In this document: piece after piece, positions 20,150 to 30,396 of the stretch
How the letters are laid out: each line of letters opens with the position of its first letter
Numbering within the stretch: position 1 is the first letter of the stretch
NCBI GenBank assembly: GCA_963770685.1
Contig: CAVYQN010000007.1
Location: forward strand, 12,170 to 76,169
Length of the DNA: 64,000 bases
Reading direction: 5' to 3'
Source of the DNA: Candidatus Krumholzibacteriia bacterium
GTDB lineage: Bacteria > Krumholzibacteriota > Krumholzibacteriia > Krumholzibacteriales > Krumholzibacteriaceae
The notes under the pieces: model-generated
The model's database searches: none
What the model was told of the DNA's origin: nothing
The model's input: the letters and a program-made list of their open reading frames with translations, nothing else
Made by a program: the position numbers and the translations under genes

Positions 20150-20263
20150 GATTACCCTTCGCTTGTCCCTTCATGTCCCTTGATACAGCGACTTTCATGG
20201 CGGAGGCTATCAAAATCAAGTGGGAAATGTCAAGCGTCCGGTCCAGGGGCCGGAATCAAAAGG

Positions 20264-21275
20264 TCAATTTATCCTGAAGGTCTCGGCCACCGATACCAAT
20301 TCGCGCAGCAGGGTATGCTTGTCGAATCCGGGCGCGTAGACGAGGCAGTCGACGATCCAGATCCTCGCCCTGATACGGGTCCTGAATGAAGAAACAGATG
20401 AAGGGGCCGCCGTAAAGCTCCTCGCTGTTCTCCCAGTACCCTTCCATCCTTACCGCCGTGTACGGTCCGAGGCTCCCTTCATGGAAGAAGACAAGTTCCC
20501 TTCGCATCACGTCCTTGTCGTACATCTTCCACGCCAGATCCTCCCTCAAACCGTAAAGGGCCGTGGAATCGGCCACCGACAGGCTCCCCCGCGTCCATTG
20601 TTTCCAGGACACCGCAAGCCCCCTGTGGGGTTGTTTCCTGACCAGCTCCATCCCCGGTATGTCCGGTTTCTCCTGGTTCAACTGGTAGAGCGACGGTATG
20701 CGCACGTTAAATCCGTACTTCGCCTTCAATTGGTCTTCGAGCGCGGTGTTTTCGTCGAGAAGCAGGTTCGCCCTGAGCCTCTCCCTGTTGGATTCCTCTA
20801 TGATATCCCTTATTATCGCTCCATTCTCGACCGCGACCGCGCGAAGGTTCTCGGGCGAGGACGCCGTCACGATGACGGTGAGCTCCCCCGGCCCGGGATA
20901 ATTCATTTTCTTGAAAATATGGTTCTTCCCCTCGAGGACCTTTCTCACCGCGTTGGTCCCGATGTACCCCTCGATGATCCTGCCGATCTCACCCTGCCTG
21001 GCAACGCCGAATATCACCATGTTCTTGGTGGGAGGCTCATCGCGAAGATCTTCCGCCGATATCATCCTCAGCTTGAACTGGATTTCCATCTTCGAGTAAT
21101 AGTCCAGCTGGTGCTGCAGCTCCTTGATTATATAATCGTTCAGCCCTCCGCTTTTTCCCGTATCCGTGACAAGCACGATGTCGCTGTACGATCCCACGGG
21201 GGAAATCGAGGACCCTTTAACGCATGAAACCTCGGCGAGCAGCGACAGGAATATCAGCATTTTCAGGCATCTCAT
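20264..21275 (-). CDS. DUF4837-family lipoprotein, frameshifted near the 3' end in this assembly
   Basis: ORF 20256..21275 has a signal peptide and the body through GGPFICFFIQDPYQGE. The +1 frame then reads IWIVDCLVYAPGFDKHTLLRELVSVAETFRIN and stops at TGA 20266-20264, which is the expected family C-terminus. The junction is at about 20363 (coding GAG G ATC TGG). 1012 nt minus 1 gives 337 codons. Confidence 0.65.
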
Positions 21276-21386
21276 GTCCCACCTCCGGTATAAACATAGA
21301 GGCTCGGAGCCGCCGCATCAAGAAAAAAGGGGCGGCCTTCGCCGTCCCTGAATTTCCCGATCCTTTTCGGGCACGCGATCCCGCCG

Positions 21387-22046
21387 TCACCGTTTCGAGC
21401 TGTTCTGGAGAAGAAGTTTTTTCAGGTAGATGTTCTCGCGCTTGTAATATTCCAGGTATTCCCTGAGCAGCGCGTTTTCCTTCACGAGGTATTCGACGCG
21501 CCTTTCCGACTCCATGGAAAAGGGCATCTGTCTAGCGCCGCCGTCGCCTGGGGCGGCGTTGAACATGTCGTCCGAGACCATCTTTATGCCTGTTGGATAA
21601 CCGGTATTCGTATAGTTGATGTTACAGTTGGGCCTCTCCGCCGTCACCGTTCCGGTCCGGTAAGAGGCCGGATCGCCGCTCCTCGAGGGAGACGGCCCGG
21701 CGTCCCGAAGCAGAAACCATGCGCCCGCCAGCGCGATAACGAGCATGGCGGCCGCCCCTGACACGAAACTGATCCCCCAGCCACCGCTGAAGGCGGATCC
21801 GGCCCTCTGCCTCATCACCGCCGCCTTCTCGAGAGCGATCCTTCGCTTGATATTCCATTCAAAATTTTCGGACAGCTCCGGCTCCGGAAGGGATTCGAGC
21901 ATCGAAAGGCATGCCTCCATCTCGTTCACTTCCGAAGCGCATTCGGGGCAATCCTCCAGGTGCTGCTGCAGCCTGACCCTCCCCGATTCGCCAAGAAGCC
22001 CGTCCCTGTTCATCAGCCAGCATTCTCTGGCCTTTTTGCATCTCAT
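21387..22046 (-). CDS. Anti-sigma factor (zf-HC2 type) with one TM helix
   Basis: Intact 219-aa ORF. The N-terminus carries HLEDCPECASEV (HxxxCxxC), and there is a TM segment (WGISFVSGAAAMLVIALAGAWFLL). It lies immediately downstream of the sigma factor gene. Confidence 0.75.
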   Translation of the reverse strand: MRCKKARECWLMNRDGLLGESGRVRLQQHLEDCPECASEVNEMEACLSMLESLPEPELSENFEWNIKRRIALEKAAVMRQRAGSAFSGGWGISFVSGAAAMLVIALAGAWFLLRDAGPSPSRSGDPASYRTGTVTAERPNCNINYTNTGYPTGIKMVSDDMFNAAPGDGGARQMPFSMESERRVEYLVKENALLREYLEYYKRENIYLKKLLLQNSSKR

Positions 22047-22048
22047 CT

Positions 22049-22813
22049 TTACATCTCCTTGAATCTGATGTCCCTGCCGAGAAGAGGCGTCACCGCTTTC
22101 TTGAAATGCGTCCTGCCGCGATTTATCCTTGAACGCACTGTGCCGAGTTTAAGGCCTGTCGCGGCCGAAATTTCCTCGTAACTGAGGCCGTTTATCTCCC
22201 GAAGAACGAAGGATGGCCGGTATTTTGACGGGATCCTCTCTATGGCTTCCTGTATCAGCTCGTTGAGTTTCTTCCTGTCCATCGTATCCTCCGGGCTCGG
22301 CCCCTCATCCTTTATCTCCACCCAATGCCCCTCGTCTCCACCCTGATCATCCGACCATATGCTGATGATCTTCGGCCTTCTTTTGATATTCCTTATCCTG
22401 TTGCGCACCAGGTTGGTCGCTATTGTGTAGAGCCATGTCGAGAATTTCGCGACCGTCCTGTATTTATCTGCGTGCATGTAGGCTCTTACGAAGGTCTCCT
22501 GAGCGAACTCCTCGGCCTCGCTCTCATTCCCCAACAGGCGGAAAAGGTAGGCGTAGAGCCTGCTCTTGTACCTTCCCACGAGTATGTCATAAGCCTGATT
22601 CTGGCCCTCCTGGACCTTCAGTATCAGCTCTTCGTCGGTCAGTTCGCCCAGCCGGGCCCTGCCTGCCTGAAGTTGTTCGTTCAGGTTCAATCCGTCATCT
22701 CCGGTTTTATCGTCTTCCAACAGCTGATACCCCTGTGAAATGGATATGTTCCGGCCATTTTCATGGTGCCCGGTTTTTATCTTACCGCTCCGTCGTCTCC
22801 TCTTCCCTGACAT
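22049..22813 (-). CDS. RNA polymerase sigma-70 family factor, ECF-type, with an N-terminal extension
   Basis: 254-aa ORF. Region 2 reads YDILVGRYKSRLYAYLFRLLGNESEAEEFAQETFVRAY and region 4 reads LREINGLSYEEISAATGLKLGTVRSRINRG. The start is uncertain: the 22813 ATG overlaps the upstream gene by 32 nt. Confidence 0.85.
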   Translation of the reverse strand: MSGKRRRRSGKIKTGHHENGRNISISQGYQLLEDDKTGDDGLNLNEQLQAGRARLGELTDEELILKVQEGQNQAYDILVGRYKSRLYAYLFRLLGNESEAEEFAQETFVRAYMHADKYRTVAKFSTWLYTIATNLVRNRIRNIKRRPKIISIWSDDQGGDEGHWVEIKDEGPSPEDTMDRKKLNELIQEAIERIPSKYRPSFVLREINGLSYEEISAATGLKLGTVRSRINRGRTHFKKAVTPLLGRDIRFKEM

Positions 22814-23519
22814 CCGAGACCGTCAGGGAGATCCTTTCCCCGCCGGGATCCCTTTCTAGGACTATCCTGGACGGGTAGCGCCTGCCGTCATTATACGCAT
22901 ATCTCGCCGTATAGCAAAGGGATATGTCTTTCGCGCATTGCCGGAAAAGCTGGGTTCCGTGACTTTCATCCCTCGAAAGCTCGATATCCCTCCCCCTCCA
23001 GGTCCCGGCCGCCCCCAGCGTTTCGTTCCCGCCGCGCGCCCGGATCGATCCCTCGCCGGTAGATTCCGGAACGGCGAGAAGAAGAACGAACAAAAGGTCG
23101 TCGGGCCGCAGATCGAAACCCGATATCCTTCTCATGAGATCGAGGGTCGAATCGGCGGTCCATACGTTATCCCTCTCATGGTCTTCGAGGATTATCCCCT
23201 CGCCGCCGATATGGAGTGTGGCGTCCTCCCTGTAGGAGCCGAAAAGGCTCGAATGGATGAAATCGATGCGGACCGCCCCGCCGGGTTCGTTGACGATCCG
23301 GCAGCTTCCCCTGATGCGGTATTCCGGGAAATCGATCTTCACCTTGCCCGTGATGATCGTCCGTCTGTCGGCCGCGGCGGCGGGCCTCGCTGCCGCCTCC
23401 ATGCGGGCCGGATCGAGGTTCTTCACGCCCGCCCGGCTCGCCGCGCAGGACTCCATCAGGATCGCCGCGGCGATCGCCGTCCCTGTCCAGAGAAGATCAA
23501 TCGCTTTCGACGGCCGCAT
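22782..23519 (-). CDS. Lipoprotein, LolB/DUF4292-like
   Basis: Intact 245-aa ORF. A lipobox is present (AAAILMESC). The body (GKVKIDFPEYRIRGSCRIVNEPGGAVRIDFIHSSLFGSY...) resembles LolB-like half-barrel lipoproteins. The family call is tentative. Confidence 0.5.
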   Translation of the reverse strand: MRPSKAIDLLWTGTAIAAAILMESCAASRAGVKNLDPARMEAAARPAAAADRRTIITGKVKIDFPEYRIRGSCRIVNEPGGAVRIDFIHSSLFGSYREDATLHIGGEGIILEDHERDNVWTADSTLDLMRRISGFDLRPDDLLFVLLLAVPESTGEGSIRARGGNETLGAAGTWRGRDIELSRDESHGTQLFRQCAKDISLCYTARYAYNDGRRYPSRIVLERDPGGERISLTVSDVREEETTER

Positions 23520-25206
23520 TTCTCACCTTCTCCAGTTTGGTGCGAACCCCGGGATTCTCGGGATCGATCGAGACCGATTTGCAATAGGCTTCTTCCGCCT
23601 CCGCCCGGAGATCGAGCTTCAGGCAGGCATCGCCGAGATGCTCCCATATGACCGGATCGTCCCCTACTATCGAGAGCGCCTGCAGCAGTATCTCGCGGGC
23701 CTTTTTGTAATCTCCCATCATATACTTTATCCAGCCCATCGAATCCAGGAAATAACCGTTGCCCGGCTGAGCGGCAAGGGCGTTATCCAGGAGTTTCTCG
23801 GCGAGCTCGAGATCCTTCCCCTGTTCGGCGAGCAGATACCCGTAGAAATTGCTTATCGAAGGATCGTCGGGGGTGCGTTCGTGCAGAAACCTGACCCTTT
23901 CGAGGGCCTTGTCGAATTCGCCCTTCGCCTCGAAGAGCGAGGCGAGCTCGAGCAGGGTGCGCTGGTCGCCCGGTTGCAGCTCCTCGGCCCGCAGCAGGAA
24001 ATCCTCCGCGCGTTCGAGGTCCCCCGCCTTCCTGTGAACGCTTCCCAGGATATACGTGTCGGCGGCGGAATCCCTGTCATGGAACCTGACCGATTCCTTC
24101 AGGAAATACCTCCCCTCCGCTTTGGACAGCTGCGGCGACTCGTCCGGCCCGGAAACCGGTCCGGCGAGGTCGAAAGCAATGAGGATCATTCCGATGTAAT
24201 TGTTGAAATTATCTTTTTCAAGCTCGATCAGCCTTCGCATATAGCCGACCGCCGTCCTGAAATTGCCCATTTCGGTCTCGATCTCCGATACGATCCGCAG
24301 GATGGGGGGCTTCTCTCCAAGCGTTTCGAGCATCCCCTTGAAAAGATCGAGCGCCTTCCCGCGCTCACCCAGCCTATAGTAAAACTTGCCGAGGGCTATC
24401 TTTCCCTCCTCGTCCAGCATCTTCTCCCTGTAAAATCCCTCGAGAAGCGCAGCGCCGTTCTCGTACTCGCCGTCCTCGTAATAAAGGTCCGCGAGGTCCT
24501 TGACGGCGCTCCTGTTTTCCGGATCGAGCCGGACCGCGTTCTCGAAGGCCCCCTTCGCCTTCACGCGGTCTCCCTTCCTCAGCTGCATCGACGCGAGTGC
24601 CGTATAGGCGTTGGCAAACCCGGGATTGGATTCGATCGCGTCCTCGAAGGAAACGATGGCGCTGTCTATCTCGCCCGCCTCTGCGTACATGAAACCGAGC
24701 CTGTAGTTGACGAACAGGTCGAATTGATAAAGCCGCCTCGCATCTTCCAGCATCGCTTTCGCGCCGGGGATATCCTCCTTCTCAAGGTATATCCTGGCGA
24801 GCATCTTCCGGACTTCGAATCCGGGAATTTCCTCATCGTCCATCACCCGCCTGAAAAGCTCGATCGCCTTGTCGGAGTTCCCGTCGCGATACTCGACCTC
24901 GGCGAGAAGCAGGACGGCCCTAGAGCCGAATTCGCGGGATTGAAGAATCCGGCCTGCGAATTCCCGCGCTTCGCCGGTCTTTCCCAGATTGTAGGCGACC
25001 CTGGCCAGGGAATAGATCACGATTTCGTTGACCTCTTCCGCCCGGGCGGCCGCGGAATAATACGCGTAGGCGCGCATCAGGTCGTTCCTCGCCTCGGCCA
25101 TGGACCCCTTCAGATAATATCCCATGGCGTCGTCTTCGGCTCCGGCGGACGCGTCCGCCCGTCCCATAACCATGAGCAGGATGAATATCAGGACTGTTTT
25201 TTTCAA
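23497..25206 (-). CDS. Large secreted TPR-repeat protein
   Basis: Intact 569-aa ORF with a signal peptide (MKKTVLIFILLMVMGRADA) and many TPR units. Confidence 0.75.
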   Translation of the reverse strand: MKKTVLIFILLMVMGRADASAGAEDDAMGYYLKGSMAEARNDLMRAYAYYSAAARAEEVNEIVIYSLARVAYNLGKTGEAREFAGRILQSREFGSRAVLLLAEVEYRDGNSDKAIELFRRVMDDEEIPGFEVRKMLARIYLEKEDIPGAKAMLEDARRLYQFDLFVNYRLGFMYAEAGEIDSAIVSFEDAIESNPGFANAYTALASMQLRKGDRVKAKGAFENAVRLDPENRSAVKDLADLYYEDGEYENGAALLEGFYREKMLDEEGKIALGKFYYRLGERGKALDLFKGMLETLGEKPPILRIVSEIETEMGNFRTAVGYMRRLIELEKDNFNNYIGMILIAFDLAGPVSGPDESPQLSKAEGRYFLKESVRFHDRDSAADTYILGSVHRKAGDLERAEDFLLRAEELQPGDQRTLLELASLFEAKGEFDKALERVRFLHERTPDDPSISNFYGYLLAEQGKDLELAEKLLDNALAAQPGNGYFLDSMGWIKYMMGDYKKAREILLQALSIVGDDPVIWEHLGDACLKLDLRAEAEEAYCKSVSIDPENPGVRTKLEKVRNAAVESD

Positions 25207-25378
25207 ACCTTCCCGTCCTTTCTCAACGCGGGTTACCTAATTATAACGCAATGGGGGCGTTCCGGCAAATGCCCCCACAAATCAAGGTGAAGTTGACACG
25301 CCGTCCGCCGCGGAATATACTATCAACATGAAGATAGTGAGCGCCAGCCAACGGATCCCCTGGGAAAAGAGGGAGAAC

Positions 25379-26717
25379 ATGTTTAAAAGAACCCGGAAAA
25401 CGACAACCGCGACGGTGATCGCGGCGATACTGGCATTTTCGCCGGCGATCGTCAACGCCCAGATAATCGGCCTTCTTTCGCTCGACAGGCTTTCGCTGCT
25501 CGACGTCAGGGGCGCGGGAGCCCGCCCACTTTCCATGGGCGGAGCCTATACCGCGGTGAGCGATGACGCGTTCGCCATCTTCTACAACCCGGCGGGCCTC
25601 ACTCAGATCGGCGACCGGGAACTTTCCTTCGGGATACACCACGCGCAGTCCGGCATCGAGAACACCTACGACGGCATAATGGCTTCGACCGACAACTCCA
25701 GCACCTCCTTCGGGCACCTTGCCATGGTTCAGCCGGTTTCATCCTACGGGAACAACGTCGTTTTCGGCCTCGGTGTCTTTCGCGCCGCCACCTCGGACAT
25801 CGAATATGTCAGGAACGCGGTAAGGCCCGACCTCGGCGGGACGCTCGGCAATTCCCTTCTGCAATCCGGTTCCATATACCAGTACCGTTTCGCGATCGGA
25901 GCGGAGCTGACGCCGAGAATCTCGGCCGGGGCGACCCTCGTGCTCTGGAACGAATCACTGGACCTGAAGGAGAACATATCGCTGCGGGCGACCGGATCGG
26001 ATTCGAGCTACGCCTATAGCGACGACGTGTCGGCGGATCTCGACGGGGTGAGCCTCGAGTTCGGGATCATGATGTGGGTGACCGACTTCATCAAGGCGGG
26101 CGTCACGATGGCCACGCCGGCGAAACTCTACTTCGACGGCGACGGCGCCGATTCCTACACCGGAACATTCTACCGACGGAATGCCCTGGACGACCGACGA
26201 CCAGTCGTACTACGTCGAGGACGAATTCACCCTCCCGATGAAATTCGCTGGGGGGCTGGCCATGGAGGTCGAAAATCTCCTTCTTGCCGTGGACCTCTCG
26301 TACTCGGATTATTCGCAGACCGAATACAACGACCTCAGGCTCGTCGACGAGACGGAGCCGCAGCGCGACGTCCTCGAGTCGGTTTTCGGGTTCGGCGCGG
26401 GCGCCGAATTCACCGTGCCGGGGACAACCGTGAGCCTGCGCGGCGGTTACGCCAGCATGCCTCTTGTCCTCAAGGGAATGGAAGAGATGACCTACGTCAT
26501 CGACGAACCGGACAATTGGGGCCTTGCAACCGAATACGAGTTCTTCAAGATCAGGGACAACAGGCGGTTTTTCACCTTCGGCATCGGCGGGATAATCGAC
26601 GAGGTGCTCGCCCTCGACCTCGCGCTGACCTACGGGAAATTCGAAAGGGAAACACGTTTCCTCACGGAGAAGAGGGATTTTACGGAGATCATAGTCTCCG
26701 GTTCCTACAGGTTCTGA
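25379..26717 (+). CDS. FadL/PorV-family outer-membrane beta-barrel protein, frameshifted in this assembly
   Basis: The likely start is ATG 25379, after GGGAGA. The signal peptide ends AIVNAQ, and a hatch-like motif is present (LSMGGAYTAVSDDAFAIFYNPAGL). ORF 25328..26812 is good through YTGTFY. The ORF 26181..26717 frame then continues DGMPWTTDDQSYYVEDEF... and ends SGSYRF (terminal Phe). The +1 junction is at about 26174 (TAC C GAC GGA). 1339 nt minus 1 gives 446 codons. Confidence 0.7.
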
Positions 26718-26769
26718 TCGGGGAAGGCGGTCCCGGCCGGCCGCCCGGAAGGCGTGATGCCGGGCGGCG

Positions 26770-27258
26770 TCAGTCGGTTTTTCGGCTGATGCCGCGAAGA
26801 ATGGAGAGATAGGCTTCGTCGAGCTTCGAGAGCATGTCCTCCGAGAGCCCCCCGCCGGACGCGAGGATCTGCGTGTAGTACTCCTCGAGGTATCTGCAGA
26901 GAAAAACATCCTTGTTTGTGATCTGCCTTTCGACGAGTTTCAGCACCTCAGCTCGATTGCGGAGGTATTCCTCGTCCTCCTCCCTGCCGTTGACGTTGTG
27001 AAAGAACTCCCCCAGAAGGTGCAGCCAGTAAGTGTCGTGCGAACCGGAGTTGTCGAATACGCAACCGGGATGATCGATCAGGAAACAGTATCCCTGAATG
27101 AAATAAACGCAGTTGAGCATCCCCTGGAGGAAAACACGCCTGTGGCAGTCGATCGACATCCGCTCCAGTTTGCACGGGAGCCCGCATTCCTCGCAGATGA
27201 CCCGCGGGTCGCACCCGAAAGTGAAGGGAAACTGCCTCGCTTTTTCCGTGTCTCCCAC
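26770..27258 (-). CDS. Hypothetical Cys-rich protein
   Basis: Intact 162-aa ORF with protein-like composition. It has eight Cys in the first 66 residues (GCDPRVICEECGLPCKLERMSIDC...CFLIDHPGC). It starts 11 nt after the rnc stop and is the last gene of the fab-rnc transcription unit. Confidence 0.55.
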   Translation of the reverse strand: MGDTEKARQFPFTFGCDPRVICEECGLPCKLERMSIDCHRRVFLQGMLNCVYFIQGYCFLIDHPGCVFDNSGSHDTYWLHLLGEFFHNVNGREEDEEYLRNRAEVLKLVERQITNKDVFLCRYLEEYYTQILASGGGLSEDMLSKLDEAYLSILRGISRKTD

Positions 27259-27268
27259 TACATTCCTC

Positions 27269-28033
27269 TCAGTGAGTCTTCCTCAGCCTGACAAGAGCCT
27301 CCTTCGCCGCCATCTGCTCGGCGTCCTTCTTGCTCTTGCCGCGCCCCCTTCCCACCACACCTTCGTTTATCCTCACTTCCACGAGAAACAACTTGTCGTG
27401 TTCCGGGCCGGTCGTGGATTTCACCCTGTATTTCGGGTATCCCTTGTATTTCCTCTGGGTCCATTCCTGCAGATGGCTCTTATAATTGATATGGTCCGTA
27501 TGCCCGACGATCTCGTCTATGTCGCTCAGGACGAGATCCTCGATGAAGAGGCGCGCCGGCTCGAGCCCGCCGTCGAGGTACATCGCGCCTATCACCGCCT
27601 CGAGAACGGCCGTCTGGATCGAATCCTGCCCGTGCACTCCGCCTTTGAAGGCGTTTTCGCTCAGGATGACGTGTTCCTTGAGGTCTATGATCTCCGCTTT
27701 TTTCGAAAGGACGTTCTTGCTGACAAGAAGCGATTTTTTCTGCGTCAGCTGCCCTTCGTTTTCGTCGGGGAAATTTTTCATCAGGTATTCTGTCGTGACG
27801 AGGGCGAGGACGGAGTCGCCGAGAAACTCGAGCCGTTCGTAGGTTATCCCCGTTTCCCCGGGCTTGAGCTCGCCGAGCGTCGACCTGTGGGTAAGCGCCT
27901 CCATGAGGAGCTTCCTGTCCTTGAAACGGTAGTCCAGTTTCTTTTCGAGCAGCAGAATTTTCTCGGGGACTTTTTCCGGTTCAGGCGCGAAATGCTTCCT
28001 GAATCCGTCGAGCAATCTTCGCATGAGGATCAA
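27269..28033 (-). CDS. rnc: Ribonuclease III
   Basis: Intact 254-aa ORF with the RNase III signature ERLEFLGDSVL and a C-terminal dsRBD (GPEHDKLFLVEVRINEGVVGRGRGKSKKDAEQMAAKEAL). Confidence 0.93.
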   Translation of the reverse strand: MILMRRLLDGFRKHFAPEPEKVPEKILLLEKKLDYRFKDRKLLMEALTHRSTLGELKPGETGITYERLEFLGDSVLALVTTEYLMKNFPDENEGQLTQKKSLLVSKNVLSKKAEIIDLKEHVILSENAFKGGVHGQDSIQTAVLEAVIGAMYLDGGLEPARLFIEDLVLSDIDEIVGHTDHINYKSHLQEWTQRKYKGYPKYRVKSTTGPEHDKLFLVEVRINEGVVGRGRGKSKKDAEQMAAKEALVRLRKTH

Positions 28034-28040
28034 TATTCCC

Positions 28041-29315
28041 TTATGACTCGAACCTCTTGAGCAGAAGGCTCACGTTATGCCCTCCGAAACCGAAAGAGTT
28101 GCTCAGGATGTAGTTCAATTCCTTTTTAATCGCGGTGTTCCGCACATGATTTATAGCGCATTCGGGGTCGACGTTGTCGAGGTTCGTCGTCGGGGGCATG
28201 ATCTGTTCCCGCAGAGCCTTTACGCACAATATCATCTCGATGCCGGCCGCCGCGCCGAGAAGGTGCCCCGTGCAGGATTTGGTCGAACTGACGTGCAGCG
28301 TTTCCCTTCCGCCGAATACCTCGTTTATCGCTTCGGATTCCGCCTTGTCGTTGTACTGGGTGGAGGTGCCGTGGGCGTTGATGTAATCGACCTCGGACGC
28401 GTCGATGCCGGAGTCCTTCAAAGCCATCCTCATCGCCTTTATAGCGCCGGTCCCGCCGGGAGCCGGAGAGGTCATATGATACGCGTCGCCCGACATTCCC
28501 ACGCCGACAAGCTCGGCGAGAACGTCTGCGCCCCTGTCCATGGCGTGATGAAGTTCCTCGAGGAGCACGATGCCCGCCCCTTCCGCCATGACGAACCCGT
28601 CCCTGTCCGTATCGAAGGGGCGGCTCGCCCTGCCGGGGTCGTCGTTCCGGGTGGAGAGCGCCTTCATCGAGCTGAACCCGCCGAGCGCCATCGGGCTGAT
28701 CGTCGACTCGGCCCCGCCTGTCAGCGCCGCTTCCGCGTACCCCTCTCTTATGAGGCTGAAGGAGGCGGCTATCGAGTGCCCTCCCGATGCGCAGGCCGAC
28801 ACGGTGGCGTAGTTCGGCCCCTTGAGCCCGTATCTTATCGACACGAGCCCCGCGGCCATGTCCGCGATCATCATCGGGATGAAAAATGGGCTTATCCTTC
28901 CCGGGCCTTTCTCGATCAGGTTCGAGTGCTGGGTTTCGAAGGTGCCGATCCCGCCTATCCCGGACCCGATCACGGTCGCGAAATCGTCTCCGTTGAAGCC
29001 GGTACCCTCCAGATCCTTCATCGCTTCGATGGAGGCCGCCATGGCGAGGTGGACGAAACGGTCCATCCGTTTCGCCTCCTTCCTGTCGATATAATCTTCA
29101 GGATTGAAATTCTTCACTTCGCCGGCGATCTGCGAACCGTAGCCGGTCGGATCGAAGGCCGTGACCCTGGTTATGCCGGACCTGCCTGCGATTATGTTGC
29201 CCCAGCTTTCAGGCACGGAATTCCCGCACGGCGAAATCGCGCCGAGCCCGGTCACGACGACTCTTCTGCCATTGTTACGCAATATTCCTCCAGGAACAAA
29301 ACCCGCTCCGGACAT
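28041..29315 (-). CDS. fabF: 3-oxoacyl-ACP synthase II
   Basis: Intact 424-aa ORF with the active-site region ATVSACASGGHSI, INAHGTSTQYND and NSFGFGGHN. Confidence 0.93.
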   Translation of the reverse strand: MSGAGFVPGGILRNNGRRVVVTGLGAISPCGNSVPESWGNIIAGRSGITRVTAFDPTGYGSQIAGEVKNFNPEDYIDRKEAKRMDRFVHLAMAASIEAMKDLEGTGFNGDDFATVIGSGIGGIGTFETQHSNLIEKGPGRISPFFIPMMIADMAAGLVSIRYGLKGPNYATVSACASGGHSIAASFSLIREGYAEAALTGGAESTISPMALGGFSSMKALSTRNDDPGRASRPFDTDRDGFVMAEGAGIVLLEELHHAMDRGADVLAELVGVGMSGDAYHMTSPAPGGTGAIKAMRMALKDSGIDASEVDYINAHGTSTQYNDKAESEAINEVFGGRETLHVSSTKSCTGHLLGAAAGIEMILCVKALREQIMPPTTNLDNVDPECAINHVRNTAIKKELNYILSNSFGFGGHNVSLLLKRFES

Positions 29316-29332
29316 TTCCGGCCCCGGGGTTT

Positions 29333-29569
29333 CTATTCATCGAGATGAGCCTCGATATAATCGATGGCTTCCCCGACCTTCGTTATCTTCTCCGCTTCCT
29401 CGTCCGGGATCTCAACGCCGAATTCCTCTTCGAGGGCCATCACGAGCTCCACAGTGTCGAGCGAATCCGCACCAAGATCGTCGATGAACGAAGCCTCCCT
29501 GCTGATCTGGTCGGGATTTACCGAAAGCTGGTCCTCGACTACCTTCTTTACTCTTTCTTCGATCGTCAT
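29333..29569 (-). CDS. acpP: Acyl carrier protein
   Basis: Intact 78-aa ORF with the [19 protein letters not shown] phosphopantetheine-attachment motif. Confidence 0.95.
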   Translation of the reverse strand: MTIEERVKKVVEDQLSVNPDQISREASFIDDLGADSLDTVELVMALEEEFGVEIPDEEAEKITKVGEAIDYIEAHLDE

Positions 29570-29600
29570 AGAGCCACGTACCTCCTGTTAAACAGCCTGT

Positions 29601-30348
29601 TTATGCCATGACCATGCCGCCGTCACAGTTTATAACCTGTCCCGTGACGTAGCTCCCCAGCCCGGAAGAGAGAAACAGCACGACGTTGGCCACGTCGACG
29701 CCGGTCCCGAATTTTCCGAGCGGGATCATGCGGCGCATGCCCTCCCGCACTTCCTCCGGAAGCACGGCGGTCATCGCCGTCTCGATGAAACCGGGCGCGA
29801 TCGCGTTGACCGTCACGTTCCTCGGAGCGAATTCCCTCGCCACCGATTTGGTGAACCCGATTATGCCCGCCTTGCTCGCGCCGTAGTTGCTCTGGCCCGC
29901 GTTGCCCATCTGCCCTATCACCGACGCGATATTGATCACCCTGCCGTAACGTTTCTTGAACATGTGTTTCGTCGCGGCCTTCGTCACGTTGAAAGTCCCC
30001 GTGAGGTTGACGTCGATCACGCTTTTCCACTCGTCCTCCCCCATCCTCGAGAAGGAGATTGTCCCTGGTGATCCCGGCGTTGTTGACCAGAATGTGAATC
30101 TGCTCCTTCCAGCCGAGGATCTCCCGGAAACACTGCTGGACCTCTTCGTAATCGACGATGTTGCACTTCAGGGCAAGGCCGTCGCGGCCTTTCTCCTTCA
30201 GCAGCGAAACGGTCTCTCCGGCCGTGGCGATGTTCACGTCGATCACCGCCACGTCCACGCCGTGATCGCCGAGAGCGAGCGCGATATCCCGTCCGATACC
30301 CTGTCCCGCTCCCGTGATTACCGCGACATTTCCTTCAAGTTCCTTCAT
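29601..30348 (-). CDS. fabG: 3-oxoacyl-ACP reductase, frameshifted in this assembly
   Basis: ORF 29623..30369, from M8, reads [23 protein letters not shown]...[17 protein letters not shown] 29601..30044 continues [24 protein letters not shown]...[18 protein letters not shown]...[13 protein letters not shown]. The +1 junction is at about 30048 (coding CTT CTC G AGG ATG). 748 nt minus 1 gives 249 codons. Confidence 0.9.
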
Positions 30349-30396
30349 GACGATTGTCCTATATACCAAAAAAGGCCGTTAAGGTAAAGAATTACT

